A stretch of 64,000 nt of DNA from assembly GCA_963735595.1 (NCBI GenBank), contig CAVTLK010000004.1, positions 544,313 through 608,312 on the forward strand, given 5' to 3'. Made by a program: the position numbers and the translations under genes. This document shows, piece after piece, positions 55,132-64,000 of this stretch. This stretch comes from an uncultured delta proteobacterium. GTDB taxonomy: Bacteria; Desulfobacterota; Zymogenia; Zymogenales; Zymogenaceae. A model generated the notes under the pieces. That model did no database searches. It was not told the origin of the DNA and saw only the letters and a program-made list of their open reading frames with translations. Numbering within the stretch: the stretch's first letter is position 1; every line of letters starts with the position of its first letter.

Positions 55132-58100
55132 ATGGTTACGCGAAAAGGCCAATCTCACACAGACGACCTGCCCGATAAAATCCGTGATATCCTGTCCAGG
55201 ATTCCCTCGACGGATTCCATTGCCCTCTGGATAGCCGCCCCGGGACTCACCGAGATACTCTACATAAGCCCGTCCGCCGAAAAGATCTATGGACTTCCGT
55301 ACGCCGAAATGTATAAGAACCCCCGCCTCTGGCTGGAAGCCGGAGGGTTGGGCGATCGTGCGAAAGACCGGGGACCGTCACCCGGAGACGGCGACGGTTG
55401 TTACTGCACGGAACGCTGCATCACGAGGCCGGATGGATCCATTGCCTGGGTACTCGAAAGGACCGGTGCCGTAAGCAACGATCAAGGTGCCGTATCATGT
55501 CTCGTCGGGTTCTCGGAAGATATCACCAAACGGAAGATCAAGGAGACCGAGCTTCTTGAGTCGGAGAAACGTTACCGGGCGCTTGTTGAGACGTCTACCG
55601 ATGGGATAGCCGTTATCCAGGGCGACAGAATCGTATTCTTCAACGGCCTGCTTGTCGAGAAGACGGGATTTAGCCGGGAAGAGCTTTCTAATACTTCGTT
55701 TGACCGGTTTATCCACCCGGACGACCTTCCGATGGTAGTCGACCGTTATACGAGCCGGATGAAGTCGCAGGCCTCCGAGGGGTCCCTTGAATTCCGCGTT
55801 CTCACGAAGGATAATCAGGTTATCTATGCCGAGATCAACGTTGCCCTGACCCAGTGGGAGGGCGAGCCGGCCCTGCTGTGTCTGTTCAGGGATGTAACGG
55901 ACAGAAAAGCGGCCCAGGAAGCGTTGGAGAAATCGGAAAAGCGATACCGTGACCTTGTGGAAGACATCGACGATATAATCTATATTATGAACGACAGCGG
56001 AACGTTTCTCTTTGCGAATGGCGCACTCCTGAGATTTGCAGGACTTGACAGGGACAAGATACGTACTACCAACTTCGTTGACATGATTACCCCGGAATCG
56101 TATGAGCAGGTAAAGGATATCTATAAACGGCAGCTGAGCGGGGAGGACGTAGGCGCTTTCGAGATAAGCTTTAAGACTTGGAATGGAGATATCGTCACGA
56201 TCGAGACCAGGGAGCGCCTCGTCCGGAAAGACGGCCGGGTTGTCGAGGTGCACGGTATCGGCAGAGACGTCACCGAACGGAAACGCGCCGAGCGCGCCCT
56301 CCGGGAGAGTGAAGAGCGGTACCGGAAGCTGGTCGAAGTATCTCCCGACGCGATTATTGTGCACAGCGGCGGTAAGATCGTTTTCGCCAACTCCGCGGCG
56401 GCCCGGCTTATCGGCGCCGCGACACCGGAAGACCTGTCCGGAAGAAATGTCCGGGACTTTATGCATCCCGATTTCATCGCTACCCTTATTGGGCGTATTC
56501 AAACATCAATGAAGGGGGGTGTCCCGGCCCCAATGACGGAAGAGAAATTTATTCGGATCGATGGAACAACGATAGACGGCGAGGCGGTAGCCATGCCCCT
56601 GACGTATGAAGGGGAACCAGCCGTACTTGTTGTCGTCCGGGATATAACCGAGCGTAAGGAAGCCCGGCATGCCCTCGTCCTTCGCGAGCGGGAGCTTAAC
56701 AACGTATTCGAATTTACCGGTACTGCGATGCTTATCGTTGAAGAAGATATGACGATAACGAAATGTAACCACGTATTTGAAGAGCTCGTCGGGTATACGA
56801 AAGAAGAAATCGAAGGCACAATGCGCTGGACGGCTTTTGTCCACCCGGACGAACTGACCCGCATGGTCAATTACCATAGGGCTCGAAGAAGCGGAGATAC
56901 TGCGGCGCCCGCTTCTTACGAGTCCAGGGCTATCGATAAAAACGGAATCGTAAAGCACATTCATATAACCATTGGCTTCGTTTCCGAGACAAGACAAACA
57001 GTTGCCGCGATCCTCGATATCACCGATCGAAAGAGGGCGGAGAATGCGCTCCGAGAATCGGAGGAGAAACTGAGGCACTTATTCGATTCCTCAAAGGACG
57101 TGATATTCCTCTCCACCATAACCGGTTGGTTTTACGACATCAACCGGGCAGGTGAGGAGTTCTTCGGATACAGCCGTGATGAACTGCTCGGACTGGATAC
57201 CCAGGATATCTACAAGAATGAGAATGACAGGCAAGTCCTGCACGAGGCTATTGAGACGCTCGGTTTTGTGAAAGATTGGGAGGTGACTTTTAAAAAGAAG
57301 GACGGGACCCTTGTTGACAGCCTTATCACGGCAACCCTCAGAAGGGACAGGGAGGGAAACGTGATCGGATACCAGGGCATTATCAAGGATATCAGTGATC
57401 GCAAGCGGCTTGAACAGCAGTTGGCTGCGGCAAAGAGGATGGAGGCAATTGGCACGCTGGCCGGCGGCATGGCGCACAATTTCAATAACATCCTCGTGGG
57501 TATCATGGGCTACTCTGAGCTGCTGCTTGAGAAGAAGGACGCGAAGGATCCGGACTATAAGGCCCTGAGGATTATTCACGAGGGAACGGTTAGCGCCTCA
57601 AAGCTTACCAAAGAGCTTCTTTCAATCGCCCGGGGCGGTGACTATAGCCTGGTCAAGCTCAACCTCAATACGCTCATCAAGAGGTTCCTCCCCCTGATCA
57701 CGGGGACGCTGGATACGTCGATCGAAGTAAAGACCTACCTTGCGGAGAATCTCCCGCTCATTGAGGGCGATATGAGCCGGATACAGCAGTGCCTGCTTAA
57801 TCTGTGTATCAACGCCCGGGATGCCATCCCCGACGGCGGTAAAATCCTCATCGAAACATACTACCAGCACCTTGGCGAGGATTTCGTCCGCGCGCATCTT
57901 GGGACTCATACGGGCGATTATGCCGTCGTCTCCGTGACAGACAACGGTGAAGGGATCCCCGAAGAACATAAACCCCATATTTTCGAGCCCTTTTTCAGCA
58001 CGAAAGACCAAAAAAGGGGGACCGGTCTCGGCCTGTCGACGGTATGGGGCATCATGAAGAGCCACAAAGGATTGATAACGGTCTATTCCGAGCCGCACGA

Positions 58101-58557
58101 GGGAACAACCTTTAAGCTTTATTTTCCGGCTATATCCGGCAAACTGCGTCAGCCCGCGCCCCTCAAGGTTGATAGGGTTGTCCCGGGCAGCGACACGATC
58201 CTGATTATAGACGATGAGCCGATAGTCCGCGAGACCTGGAGCGATGCCTTATCCGAACGTGGGTTTACGGTTATCGTTGCTGAAGACGGCGCCGAGGGAA
58301 TCGATATCTTTAAGAAAGAAAAGGACGCCATTGATCTGGTTATCCTCGATTTCATTATGCCCGTAATGGGAGGCGGGGAGACCTTTCTCAAGCTTAAGGA
58401 GATAAAGCCGGATATTAAGGTGTTGATATCATCCGGGTACGGCGCAAACGGTATAGTGTGGGAAGGTATCGGTGGGAAAGCCGAAGGCTTTATTCAGAAG
58501 CCATGCCCGATCTCGTATCTTATCGAAAAGGTGGGCGAGATCGTGAAAAAGGCGTAA
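55132..58557 (+). CDS. Cytoplasmic multi-PAS hybrid histidine kinase with C-terminal receiver
   Basis: About six PAS/PAC units ending DIT.RK; H-box GGMAHNFNN, N-box NARDA, DNGEG, GTGLGL; receiver IIDDE..LDFIMP..QKP; no TM. Confidence 0.93.
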   Translation: MVTRKGQSHTDDLPDKIRDILSRIPSTDSIALWIAAPGLTEILYISPSAEKIYGLPYAEMYKNPRLWLEAGGLGDRAKDRGPSPGDGDGCYCTERCITRPDGSIAWVLERTGAVSNDQGAVSCLVGFSEDITKRKIKETELLESEKRYRALVETSTDGIAVIQGDRIVFFNGLLVEKTGFSREELSNTSFDRFIHPDDLPMVVDRYTSRMKSQASEGSLEFRVLTKDNQVIYAEINVALTQWEGEPALLCLFRDVTDRKAAQEALEKSEKRYRDLVEDIDDIIYIMNDSGTFLFANGALLRFAGLDRDKIRTTNFVDMITPESYEQVKDIYKRQLSGEDVGAFEISFKTWNGDIVTIETRERLVRKDGRVVEVHGIGRDVTERKRAERALRESEERYRKLVEVSPDAIIVHSGGKIVFANSAAARLIGAATPEDLSGRNVRDFMHPDFIATLIGRIQTSMKGGVPAPMTEEKFIRIDGTTIDGEAVAMPLTYEGEPAVLVVVRDITERKEARHALVLRERELNNVFEFTGTAMLIVEEDMTITKCNHVFEELVGYTKEEIEGTMRWTAFVHPDELTRMVNYHRARRSGDTAAPASYESRAIDKNGIVKHIHITIGFVSETRQTVAAILDITDRKRAENALRESEEKLRHLFDSSKDVIFLSTITGWFYDINRAGEEFFGYSRDELLGLDTQDIYKNENDRQVLHEAIETLGFVKDWEVTFKKKDGTLVDSLITATLRRDREGNVIGYQGIIKDISDRKRLEQQLAAAKRMEAIGTLAGGMAHNFNNILVGIMGYSELLLEKKDAKDPDYKALRIIHEGTVSASKLTKELLSIARGGDYSLVKLNLNTLIKRFLPLITGTLDTSIEVKTYLAENLPLIEGDMSRIQQCLLNLCINARDAIPDGGKILIETYYQHLGEDFVRAHLGTHTGDYAVVSVTDNGEGIPEEHKPHIFEPFFSTKDQKRGTGLGLSTVWGIMKSHKGLITVYSEPHEGTTFKLYFPAISGKLRQPAPLKVDRVVPGSDTILIIDDEPIVRETWSDALSERGFTVIVAEDGAEGIDIFKKEKDAIDLVILDFIMPVMGGGETFLKLKEIKPDIKVLISSGYGANGIVWEGIGGKAEGFIQKPCPISYLIEKVGEIVKKA

Positions 58558-58794
58558 CCGTCTTTTGACCTGATATCCCGCCGGTACGAGGGCAGCGAGG
58601 CCGCCATGGGCGCTGAGTACCTCCGTAAGCGAGGCGCCCGAATTGGGAGAAAACCGGGATCGGCGTAATCGGGACCGTAAAGGGGTGGTCGTCCGTTCGG
58701 GTACGGCCGTACCTCTCCAATGTCCCGGTTACGATGATACCGCCAACCGAATCGATTCAGAACGAAACAATTGCCGCAATACGAAGGCCGACTG

Positions 58795-59343
58795 CTACTT
58801 GATAACCTTCTTCAATTCTCCCGCCGGCATGAATTCGAACCTGCACATGGGGTCGCCCTTACTGACGCACTGGACTTCATCGGCCTCATAGTGCTTCTCG
58901 AACGCTCCCGAAGCCGCCCCGGCGTACAGGCCCGCGCACAGGATACAGGTGGCGGCCTTTTGCTTTTCACCGGGATGCACTTCCCCGTACCCCGCCGCTT
59001 CCCAGGTCTTAATGAAGTCGATTACTATTTTTCCCGTAGCCTCGTCGTACGTGATGTCCTTGACCTTACCCCAGCCCATGTTTTTGATGAGGTCAAGGTG
59101 CTTCTTGATTTGCTCGATCCCGCCGCCGAAGTACTGACGCATCCGATCGCCGGCTATCTTACCGGAAGAAAACCCCGCCTCGTAGATCTGGCGTTTGGCG
59201 ACCGGGCCGAGGAGCCCCACCAGACGATCGACCATATTAGCCAGCAGGGCTATGGAAAAGATCACCCATTGCCGATTAAAGGCATGGATCTCGTCGTCGT
59301 CATTTACCTGAAACATCCCTGCGCCTAATTGCTTGTCACTCAT
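58795..59343 (-). CDS. Stand-alone V4R domain protein
   Basis: GWGK, C...AG..AG, E..C..KGD..C.F V4R pattern. Confidence 0.85.
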   Translation of the reverse strand: MSDKQLGAGMFQVNDDDEIHAFNRQWVIFSIALLANMVDRLVGLLGPVAKRQIYEAGFSSGKIAGDRMRQYFGGGIEQIKKHLDLIKNMGWGKVKDITYDEATGKIVIDFIKTWEAAGYGEVHPGEKQKAATCILCAGLYAGAASGAFEKHYEADEVQCVSKGDPMCRFEFMPAGELKKVIK

Positions 59344-59446
59344 GATATCACCTTCTTACAATTGTATATTGAACTCTTCTCATTGCGATATATCATTTTA
59401 GCGCGAATGTCAAGCCCTCGGTTGTCCTTTTTAGCGCCGGACGCGG

Positions 59447-60478
59447 CTATACTTCGTCCGGCACCATCGAAATCTCGATCTCCTTGAGCTTTCTCAGAAT
59501 AGTTATCGAAAGCGTCGGGCCTTCCGGAAGTCCCGAGAGGATTCGGTGGATATCATCCACGCCCGTAATGGGAATGCCGTTTATACGGACGATTAGGTCA
59601 CCCGACAGGAGCCCCGCGCGTTGAGCAGGGCCGTCTTTCTCCACGGAGGCGACCTCCACAACGGCGCCGGATGAGAGGCTGAAGTGACGCTGGACGCGCC
59701 GGCCGATTGGCCGGGACTGGGCGACGATCCCCAGATAGTGGCGTCGAACCTTGCCACGGTTGATCAGCTCCCCAACCACCCAGCGGGCCGTGTTGACCGG
59801 AACGGCAAAGCTGATGCCCTGGGCCATCGAAATCATCGCCGTATTGATGCCGATTACCAGTCCCCGGCTGTCCACGAGCGGTCCGCCGGAGTTGCCGGGA
59901 TTGAGCGAAACGTCGGTTTGAATGACGTTTTCAATAAGCCTGCCCGACTGGCTTCTGAGATTTCTGCCGAGGGCCGAGATAACGCCGGTTGATACGGTAT
60001 TCTGGAAACCAAGGGGATTACCGATAGCGATAACCAGTTGGCCCGCCCTCAGGGTATCCGAGTTCCCCAACTGGGCGATCGGAATTGATCCGGCGCCGAC
60101 GCGAATCACCGCGAGATCCGTCGCCGGGTCGGTTCCGACCACCGAGCCCGGAAACTCGTTTCCCTCAGTCAGGTAAACGGTAAGCTCCCCTGCTGCCTCA
60201 ACCACGTGATTATTCGTCAGTATAAAGCCGTCCGGAGTTAGAATTACCCCGGAACCCGCGCCCTCGGCGCCGGAGCGACGGGAAGACGCCTTGGTCTTGA
60301 CACGGATGCTCACCACGGCCGGCCCCACCCGCTCCACTACGCCGACGACCGCGCGGGAATAGGCGTCCAGCAGGTCACGGTCGTCGTCTCCCTGGCTCGG
60401 AAACAGGGCGGGGGCGTCGCCCGGAGCAGCATGGTCCGGCAGAGAGACGAACGTTGCGATGTTCGGTTTCCTCTTCAT
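59447..60478 (-). CDS. HtrA-like serine protease (trypsin + PDZ), no obvious signal peptide
   Basis: GSGV, TNNHVV, DLAVI, IAIGNPLG, NPGNSGGPL, single PDZ. Confidence 0.92.
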   Translation of the reverse strand: MKRKPNIATFVSLPDHAAPGDAPALFPSQGDDDRDLLDAYSRAVVGVVERVGPAVVSIRVKTKASSRRSGAEGAGSGVILTPDGFILTNNHVVEAAGELTVYLTEGNEFPGSVVGTDPATDLAVIRVGAGSIPIAQLGNSDTLRAGQLVIAIGNPLGFQNTVSTGVISALGRNLRSQSGRLIENVIQTDVSLNPGNSGGPLVDSRGLVIGINTAMISMAQGISFAVPVNTARWVVGELINRGKVRRHYLGIVAQSRPIGRRVQRHFSLSSGAVVEVASVEKDGPAQRAGLLSGDLIVRINGIPITGVDDIHRILSGLPEGPTLSITILRKLKEIEISMVPDEV

Positions 60479-60712
60479 GGCTTTTACAGAATCCTTTCAA
60501 TCAGACGAGGGTATAGCGTATGAAAAAAAGAAGCTGCGCATTAGTACGGTATTAGTATATAATATGCGCATTCTTTTCCGTGCCGTCAATGCCCCTGCCC
60601 CTGAATCAGGATGTGTCCGGCGGCAGGCCGGGACGGCGGGCGGTGCCGAGTCCAAGGGACGAATCTCCCCGGCGCCGTACGGAATCGGGGAATCTTTGTA
60701 TGGGGAAACGAT

Positions 60713-61063
60713 ATGATTATTCGAAATCTTGACGCGGTAACCAAAACGACGCCCGTCATGGAGGGCGCCCGGGGCGTGACCAAGCAGCTCCCCATCGGCG
60801 CAGAGGACGCGACGCCCGGTTTTTCCATCAGGGTCTTTACCATCGGGATAGGCGGATACACCCCCTACCACAGCCACCCATTCGAGCACCTGAACTACAT
60901 CATCGAAGGGCAGGGCGTTGTGGTAGACGAGGCGGGAAACGAGGCTCCGGTCAGGAAGGGCGACTTCGCCCTGATCCTCCCGGACGAAAAACACCGGTAT
61001 AAGAACACGAGTCCTGCCGCCGATCTCGTACTGATATGCGCCGTACCGAAAGCGTACGAGTGA
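60713..61063 (+). CDS. Cupin domain protein
   Basis: GGYTPYHSHPFEH..YIIEGQG..GD...I.P.EKH.Y.N. Confidence 0.88.
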   Translation: MIIRNLDAVTKTTPVMEGARGVTKQLPIGAEDATPGFSIRVFTIGIGGYTPYHSHPFEHLNYIIEGQGVVVDEAGNEAPVRKGDFALILPDEKHRYKNTSPAADLVLICAVPKAYE

Positions 61064-61151
61064 GATAACGCTCGGCCGAGCACGAGCCCGGTTATGAGAG
61101 AAGTGCCCGCCTCATGCCGGCCCCGCCAAGAAATAGAAAACGCGAGGCTGT

Positions 61152-62240
61152 ATGATGAATATCATATGTCCCCAGTGCGCCGCGACCGGAACCATCAGCG
61201 AGGCCCTTGTGCCGGACGGGGGAAAGACCGTCGCCTGCCCGAAGTGCCGGGCGAAATTCACCGTTACCAAGGCCGCCTCAAAGGTAGGCCCCGTCGCGGT
61301 CTCTTCGCTTCAGCCGCCGGAAGAGAAGGTCCCCGTGGCCTGCCGCGCCTGCGGCGCGTCCGGCTCCCTGCCTGCCTCCCGAATACCCCCGGGAGGCGTA
61401 ACAATCACCTGTCCGAAGTGCAAGGCGCGGTTCCCCGTAAAGCGGCCCGTCTCCGCAGCGTCGGCCGCCGCCGCCATAGCACCCACTGCCTCTGCCGCGG
61501 GAGAGATGGTCCCCTACCGCTGTCCCCAGTGCGGGCGGGAGGGGAGCGTCTCCGGACGCCTCGTTCCGGAGGGGGGGACCGGGATGAACTGCCCCGGATG
61601 TAACACCCGGTTTTTCGTCAGGCGGCCGGGAGAGGCCGAACGCGACACGCCGGCCACCCTTCAACCGAGGACGATGCCCGCGCAAAACGCTGCGGACCCG
61701 ACGGTTTCGGCCATTTCGGGCCTGGTCGGCCCGTCCGTTGCAGTGCCGCGCCCGCTGGCGCCGTCGGGCCTGCCACGCCTGGGCAATGCCCGCGCGGATG
61801 CCGGCCAGTCCCTTGATGAGATGTGGAGCCCGAGCGTCGGGCGGGCGGTGGCGGGAGGGGCCGCGGCGGCTTTCGTCGGGGCGATGATCTGGGCCCTTAT
61901 CACGGTGATGACGAGCTTCCAGATCGGGTGGATGGCCATCGGGGTTGGGGCGCTGGTCGGGTTTGCGGTGAAGTTTTTCGGGAGGAGTACTGATCAGACG
62001 TTCGGTTTTATCGGGGCGGGCCTCTCGCTTTTCGGCTGCGCTATCGGAAACCTGATGGCGGCCTGCGCCTTCATCTCGTCTGACCCGAGGAACGCCGGAT
62101 TCATATCCGTCCTTTTCGATGCACTCGGCAGCCCCGGCACCGCCGCCAGGATTATGGGCGCTTCCTTTCATCCACTGGATATCCTGTTTTATATCTTCGC
62201 CATCACTACGGGATACAAGGTCGCCATGAGCAACGAGTGA
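61152..62240 (+). CDS. Triple Zn-ribbon (MJ0042-type) membrane protein
   Basis: Three CxxC-(~18)-CPxC units, Pro/Ala linkers, C-terminal multi-TM domain. Confidence 0.82.
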   Translation: MMNIICPQCAATGTISEALVPDGGKTVACPKCRAKFTVTKAASKVGPVAVSSLQPPEEKVPVACRACGASGSLPASRIPPGGVTITCPKCKARFPVKRPVSAASAAAAIAPTASAAGEMVPYRCPQCGREGSVSGRLVPEGGTGMNCPGCNTRFFVRRPGEAERDTPATLQPRTMPAQNAADPTVSAISGLVGPSVAVPRPLAPSGLPRLGNARADAGQSLDEMWSPSVGRAVAGGAAAAFVGAMIWALITVMTSFQIGWMAIGVGALVGFAVKFFGRSTDQTFGFIGAGLSLFGCAIGNLMAACAFISSDPRNAGFISVLFDALGSPGTAARIMGASFHPLDILFYIFAITTGYKVAMSNE

Positions 62241-62415
62241 CGTGACGGCCGATACTATGTCGAAGATTAAATCTGAGATCCAGGATAACGGTAATCGGTA
62301 TTCAGCGATGTCATTGCGCGGGCAGAATAGTACCGCCCGATCCCTATTACCTATGCCGGTATCGTACTCCACGAGTAATCCCGATAACAGTCGGGCCGGA
62401 AAGGAGTCCCGGATA

Positions 62416-63615
62416 ATGCAGAAAAACAACGGGAAGTATAACGCCGCATATGCCGATACCGGACGAAAGGCCGGTGATGGTAATGGCGGCCTAAAGAAAA
62501 CGGTGCTAATGGTAGTGCTGGTCTTGCTTTTGCTGTTCTGCGCCCGGACTCGGCCGGGGTTGTGTGCCGAGATTGTGGCGGGACCCATCCTGCAGCGTAC
62601 CGGGGATACGATGATGACTATGCTCTGGGAAACGGATAAAGTGTCGCACGGTGAGGTGACCTACGGCCGGCCGAGCGAAAAGGAATGCACCTCCATATCT
62701 ACCGGACCGGGAACGCACCACATTGTGGCACTAACCGATCTCGAGCCCGGCCAGGAGTACGAATATTCCATTACAGACGGGGTCCAGACGCTCTATCGCT
62801 CCTACTTTCACACTGTACCAACAGACGGCTCTTACCGGGCGGTATTAGTCGGGGATACGCATGCGCCGAGGGAGGGGTTTTCGACGCTGGTTCCGATAAT
62901 CGGGATCCTTAAGGCGGACTTTATTATATTTCTCGGGGATATGGTTTCTCACGGGACCGATTTGAGTGAATGGCTGGTGTTGCTCGAAATAGGACGGGTG
63001 CTGTTTGACCATATCCCGGTATTCACGGTGGTGGGGACCATGAACGGGAGACCAATGCCGGACCCTCACTGTACGACCGCTTTTTTCCCCAATCGAACAA
63101 TCCGACGCACGGAACCGACAACGTACGAGGTCCGTATCGCTGGAGACCGGTTCATTTTTCTGGACGTGGAGAAAAAGAAAATCGCAGATATGATGTGGCT
63201 TTTCACGACGCTCCTGGACTCGGGAAAGAACCGCGACGGTCATCATATCTTTGTTTTTTCACACAAGGGAATAACGAGTTACAAGGGCGGTCGCTCCGGT
63301 TGTTACGAGCTGAGGCAGCTTGAACCGGTTATGGCGGCATGCGGGGTAACGGCCCTGTTTTCCGGGCACGACCATCACTACGTCAGGGGGAGGAGCCACC
63401 TGGGGCTGCCGTTTTTCATCAGCGGCGGCGGAGGGGGGGCACCCTATGAGATAAACGGGAAGAGTTTTCTCGCGAGGCTTGCCGGCCGTATGGAATCGTC
63501 ATATAAAGGTTTACATTTTCTCGTGCTGGACGTCTCCGGGGGGCGTTGCACGGTACGGGCCGTCGATGACCGGGGCCGGACGGTCGATGAGGTTGACCTG
63601 GGCGCCCGGCGCTGA
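62416..63615 (+). CDS. Purple-acid-phosphatase-like metallophosphoesterase (compensating indels ~63038-63122)
   Basis: SD AAGGAG at 62401; GP.LQ..W.T..H.V.L.DL.P..Y.Y N-domain; GDTH, GDMV, broken GNHE, SGHDHHY, ISGGGG. Confidence 0.82.
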   Translation: MQKNNGKYNAAYADTGRKAGDGNGGLKKTVLMVVLVLLLLFCARTRPGLCAEIVAGPILQRTGDTMMTMLWETDKVSHGEVTYGRPSEKECTSISTGPGTHHIVALTDLEPGQEYEYSITDGVQTLYRSYFHTVPTDGSYRAVLVGDTHAPREGFSTLVPIIGILKADFIIFLGDMVSHGTDLSEWLVLLEIGRVLFDHIPVFTVVGTMNGRPMPDPHCTTAFFPNRTIRRTEPTTYEVRIAGDRFIFLDVEKKKIADMMWLFTTLLDSGKNRDGHHIFVFSHKGITSYKGGRSGCYELRQLEPVMAACGVTALFSGHDHHYVRGRSHLGLPFFISGGGGGAPYEINGKSFLARLAGRMESSYKGLHFLVLDVSGGRCTVRAVDDRGRTVDEVDLGARR

Positions 63616-63729
63616 GGTCGGAAGTACAACAAGGCAAGGGGAAAGAGATAAAATATGCACCACCGAGTTGCTCAAGGCCTCAAGGGGTCGAGTCTTTTGT
63701 TGACACTTTTTCTCCCCACACTATGATGC

Positions 63730-63826
63730 GATTGCCGCGTCGGCCTTCGGCCTCCTCGTAATGACGGGGGACGCTTTCGGTGACAGTCGGGGGATTGCTT
63801 CGGTCGTTTCACTCCCTCGCAATGAC
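63730..63826. repeat. Two GATTGC...CTCG(T/C)AATGAC palindromic repeat units
   Basis: 63730-63765 and 63793-63826; same family as 4131-4167, inverted. Confidence 0.75.
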
Positions 63827-63846
63827 GGCGAAGTGACAGGAGGGGC

Positions 63847-63924
63847 GGACACGATGAATCGTGTCCCTACAGGTGGTATTGACGTATCGTGTTAGAATCC
63901 GTAGGGGCGGCATACATGCCGCCC
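63847..63924. repeat. Pair of GTAG-type REP elements
   Basis: GGACACGATGAATCGTGTCC-CTAC (minus) and GTAG-GGGCGGCATACATGCCGCCC (plus): GTAG tetranucleotide followed by a hairpin. Confidence 0.75.
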
Positions 63925-63944
63925 GCAGCACCCCATCGGCGTAT

Positions 63945-63978
63945 AAAAAAAAGGAGCTGCGAAACCCGCAACTCCTTT
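63945..63978 (-). terminator. Intrinsic terminator downstream of the tRNA
   Basis: Minus strand GGAGTTGCG-GGTTT-CGCAGCTCC then T8. Confidence 0.8.
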
Positions 63979-63988
63979 TAGTATTCAA

Positions 63989-64000
63989 TGGTCGGGATGA
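63989..64000 (-). tRNA. 3' end of a tRNA, probably tRNA-Pro (truncated by window)
   Basis: Minus strand reads TCATCCCGACCA (acceptor 3' strand, A73, CCA) just before a terminator; only 12 nt visible. Confidence 0.55.

Noticed and set aside
60541..60567. CIRCE element upstream of htrA
   Set aside because: Does not match TTAGCACTC-N9-GAGTGCTAA

Overview
A GC-rich bacterial chromosome segment, probably from a deltaproteobacterium (Desulfobacterota-like; inferred from gene content and order). The core (6.1-39.3 kb) is the full translation/transcription supercluster: four tRNAs, tuf, rpmG, tRNA-Trp, secE, nusG, rplKAJL, rpoBC, the str operon with a second tuf, and the S10, spc and alpha operons. 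The left flank holds GT2, hldA, yicC, remA, gmk, pyrF, a GNAT and a secreted Hint-domain protein. The right flank holds an MFP/RND pair, a lone ECF ATPase, a Zn-ribbon protein, a RomX-like small protein, rluD-pgeF-coaE, MoxR/VWA, two phosphoesterases, two His-containing membrane proteins, an exported FAD oxidoreductase plus tetraheme cytochrome c3, a PAS hybrid kinase, V4R, HtrA, a cupin, a triple Zn-ribbon membrane protein, REP-like repeats and the 3' end of a tRNA. Single-base indels cluster at 0-6.8 kb, 44.4-46.3 kb and ~63.1 kb and hit essential genes, so they are most likely assembly errors. The best leads are (1) a ~400-nt nested structured RNA candidate between secE and nusG, (2) a stand-alone secreted protein with a Hedgehog-like, N-cleavage-only Hint domain, (3) an extracytoplasmic CrtI/RetSat-type flavo-lipoprotein encoded next to cytochrome c3 and divergent from a possible membrane heme pair, (4) a hidden RomX-like gene and (5) an RND adaptor lacking its alpha-hairpin. 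All calls come from reading the sequence and ORF track; no searches or folding programs were run.
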